From assembly GCA_038128265.1 (NCBI GenBank), contig JAYPJE010000076.1, positions 1 to 16,736 of the forward strand: 16,736 nt of DNA, given 5' to 3'. Under the pieces are notes generated by a model. It saw nothing but the letters and a program-made list of their open reading frames with translations. It was not told the origin of the DNA and did not search any database. A program made the translations under genes and the position numbers. This document shows, piece by piece, positions 15,836 through 16,736 of the stretch; the stretch's first letter is position 1; each line of letters begins with the position of its first letter. Source of the DNA: Gemmatimonadota bacterium. Lineage in GTDB: Bacteria; Latescibacterota; UBA2968; UBA8231.

Positions 15836-16736
15836 CTAATCGGGTAGCGTCCACAGCGACGAAACGGTCGGGAATTCCAGGCGTGCGGCCATCGACTCCA
15901 GCTGCCCACTATCTGCATCGCGTTGGAAAACCGCCACGCTGTCGGGCCCGGCCTCGCTGGCGCGCGTGTGGTTGTTTTGCACGAGCATAAAACGACCGTC
16001 GTCGCTAAGGCAGCAAATCCAGGGAATGCGTCCGAGCGACGGTTCAATTTGGACGAGTTCAATCGCGCCAGCCGCGTCGTCTACGGAGAACACGGCAATC
16101 GAATCGTGGCCGCGGTTGCTCGCGTATACAAAGCGATCGTCTGGTGAAATGAGCAGCTGCGAGGCGTGCGACGGTTTGGAGTAGACCTCGTTGGGAAAAG
16201 TGGCCGGATCGGTGTTTTGTTCGGCCCAGCCTTCGGGAATGGTCGACAGCGTTTGCACTGGCGTCAGCGCGCCGTCGCCAGCGCGGCGGAACGCGCAGAG
16301 CGTATTGTCGAGCTCGTTGAGGGCAAACACCCACTGGCCGCTTTGGGTGACCTGCACGTGGCGTGGTCCGGCCAAGTCGTGCACGGTGACGGCACCGGCT
16401 GGCTGCAGGGTACCGCGTTCGCCGTCAATCGACCAGTAGACGACCTGGTTGGTGCCTAGGTCGGCCACGTAGAGTTGGTCTGCAAAAACCGCTACGCCGT
16501 GCGGATGGGCCGACTCTTGACGGAACTGCGGTCCTTCACCCCATGTGCCGACGATGCCGTGGTGCGCGCCGGGGCCGTGTTCGTAGACGGCTGCTTCCCC
16601 CAATGAGCCATCCTCGCCAATGGGCAGCATGGAAACGTCGCCGCTGCCGTAGTTGGCGGTGAATATAAAGCGCGCTTCGGAGTCCGTGCACAGATGAGCG
16701 GCTCCTTCGCTGCCGATAGGGGCACTGCCGCGCGGG
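15836..16736 (-). CDS. Lactonase family beta-propeller (6-phosphogluconolactonase Pgl / cycloisomerase-2-like), 5' end outside window
   Basis: Frame stays open past 16630 to the edge (...AAHLCTDSEARFIFTANYGSGDVS). Contains RQESAHPH, VADLGTN, GPRH, LNELDN and SPDDRFVYASNRGHDSI. Confidence 0.92.
   Translation of the reverse strand, partial: PRGSAPIGSEGAAHLCTDSEARFIFTANYGSGDVSMLPIGEDGSLGEAAVYEHGPGAHHGIVGTWGEGPQFRQESAHPHGVAVFADQLYVADLGTNQVVYWSIDGERGTLQPAGAVTVHDLAGPRHVQVTQSGQWVFALNELDNTLCAFRRAGDGALTPVQTLSTIPEGWAEQNTDPATFPNEVYSKPSHASQLLISPDDRFVYASNRGHDSIAVFSVDDAAGAIELVQIEPSLGRIPWICCLSDDGRFMLVQNNHTRASEAGPDSVAVFQRDADSGQLESMAARLEFPTVSSLWTLPD

Overview
GC-rich bacterial chromosomal segment with 15 conventional CDSs (two truncated by the window edges) and no rRNA, tRNA, CRISPR or mobile element that I can support. 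Left to right: a partial 2-hydroxyacid dehydrogenase coupled to msrA (-); a 424-bp gap holding back-to-back sigma70 promoters, a structured leader, a 24-aa hydrophobic ORF (+) and a perfect 16-bp bidirectional terminator; a HAD-IA phosphatase and a PhyH-like Fe/2OG enzyme with an HxA (halogenase-type) motif (-); a divergent APH-fold kinase and HAD-IIA phosphatase pair (+); an Opp/Dpp-type ABC operon with an EamA transporter and a second, canonical HxD PhyH-like dioxygenase inserted between its permeases (-); a secreted DUF3179-like protein with a C-terminal T9SS/FlgD-Ig-type domain plus a probable outer-membrane barrel (+); and a partial Pgl-type lactonase (-). The gene content suggests a Latescibacterota-like or related candidate-phylum organism (inference only). 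The best leads are the HxA Fe/2OG enzyme with its kinase and phosphatase neighbours, the stand-alone small membrane peptide transcript, and the interrupted ABC operon. All family calls come from motif recognition by eye, not database searches.
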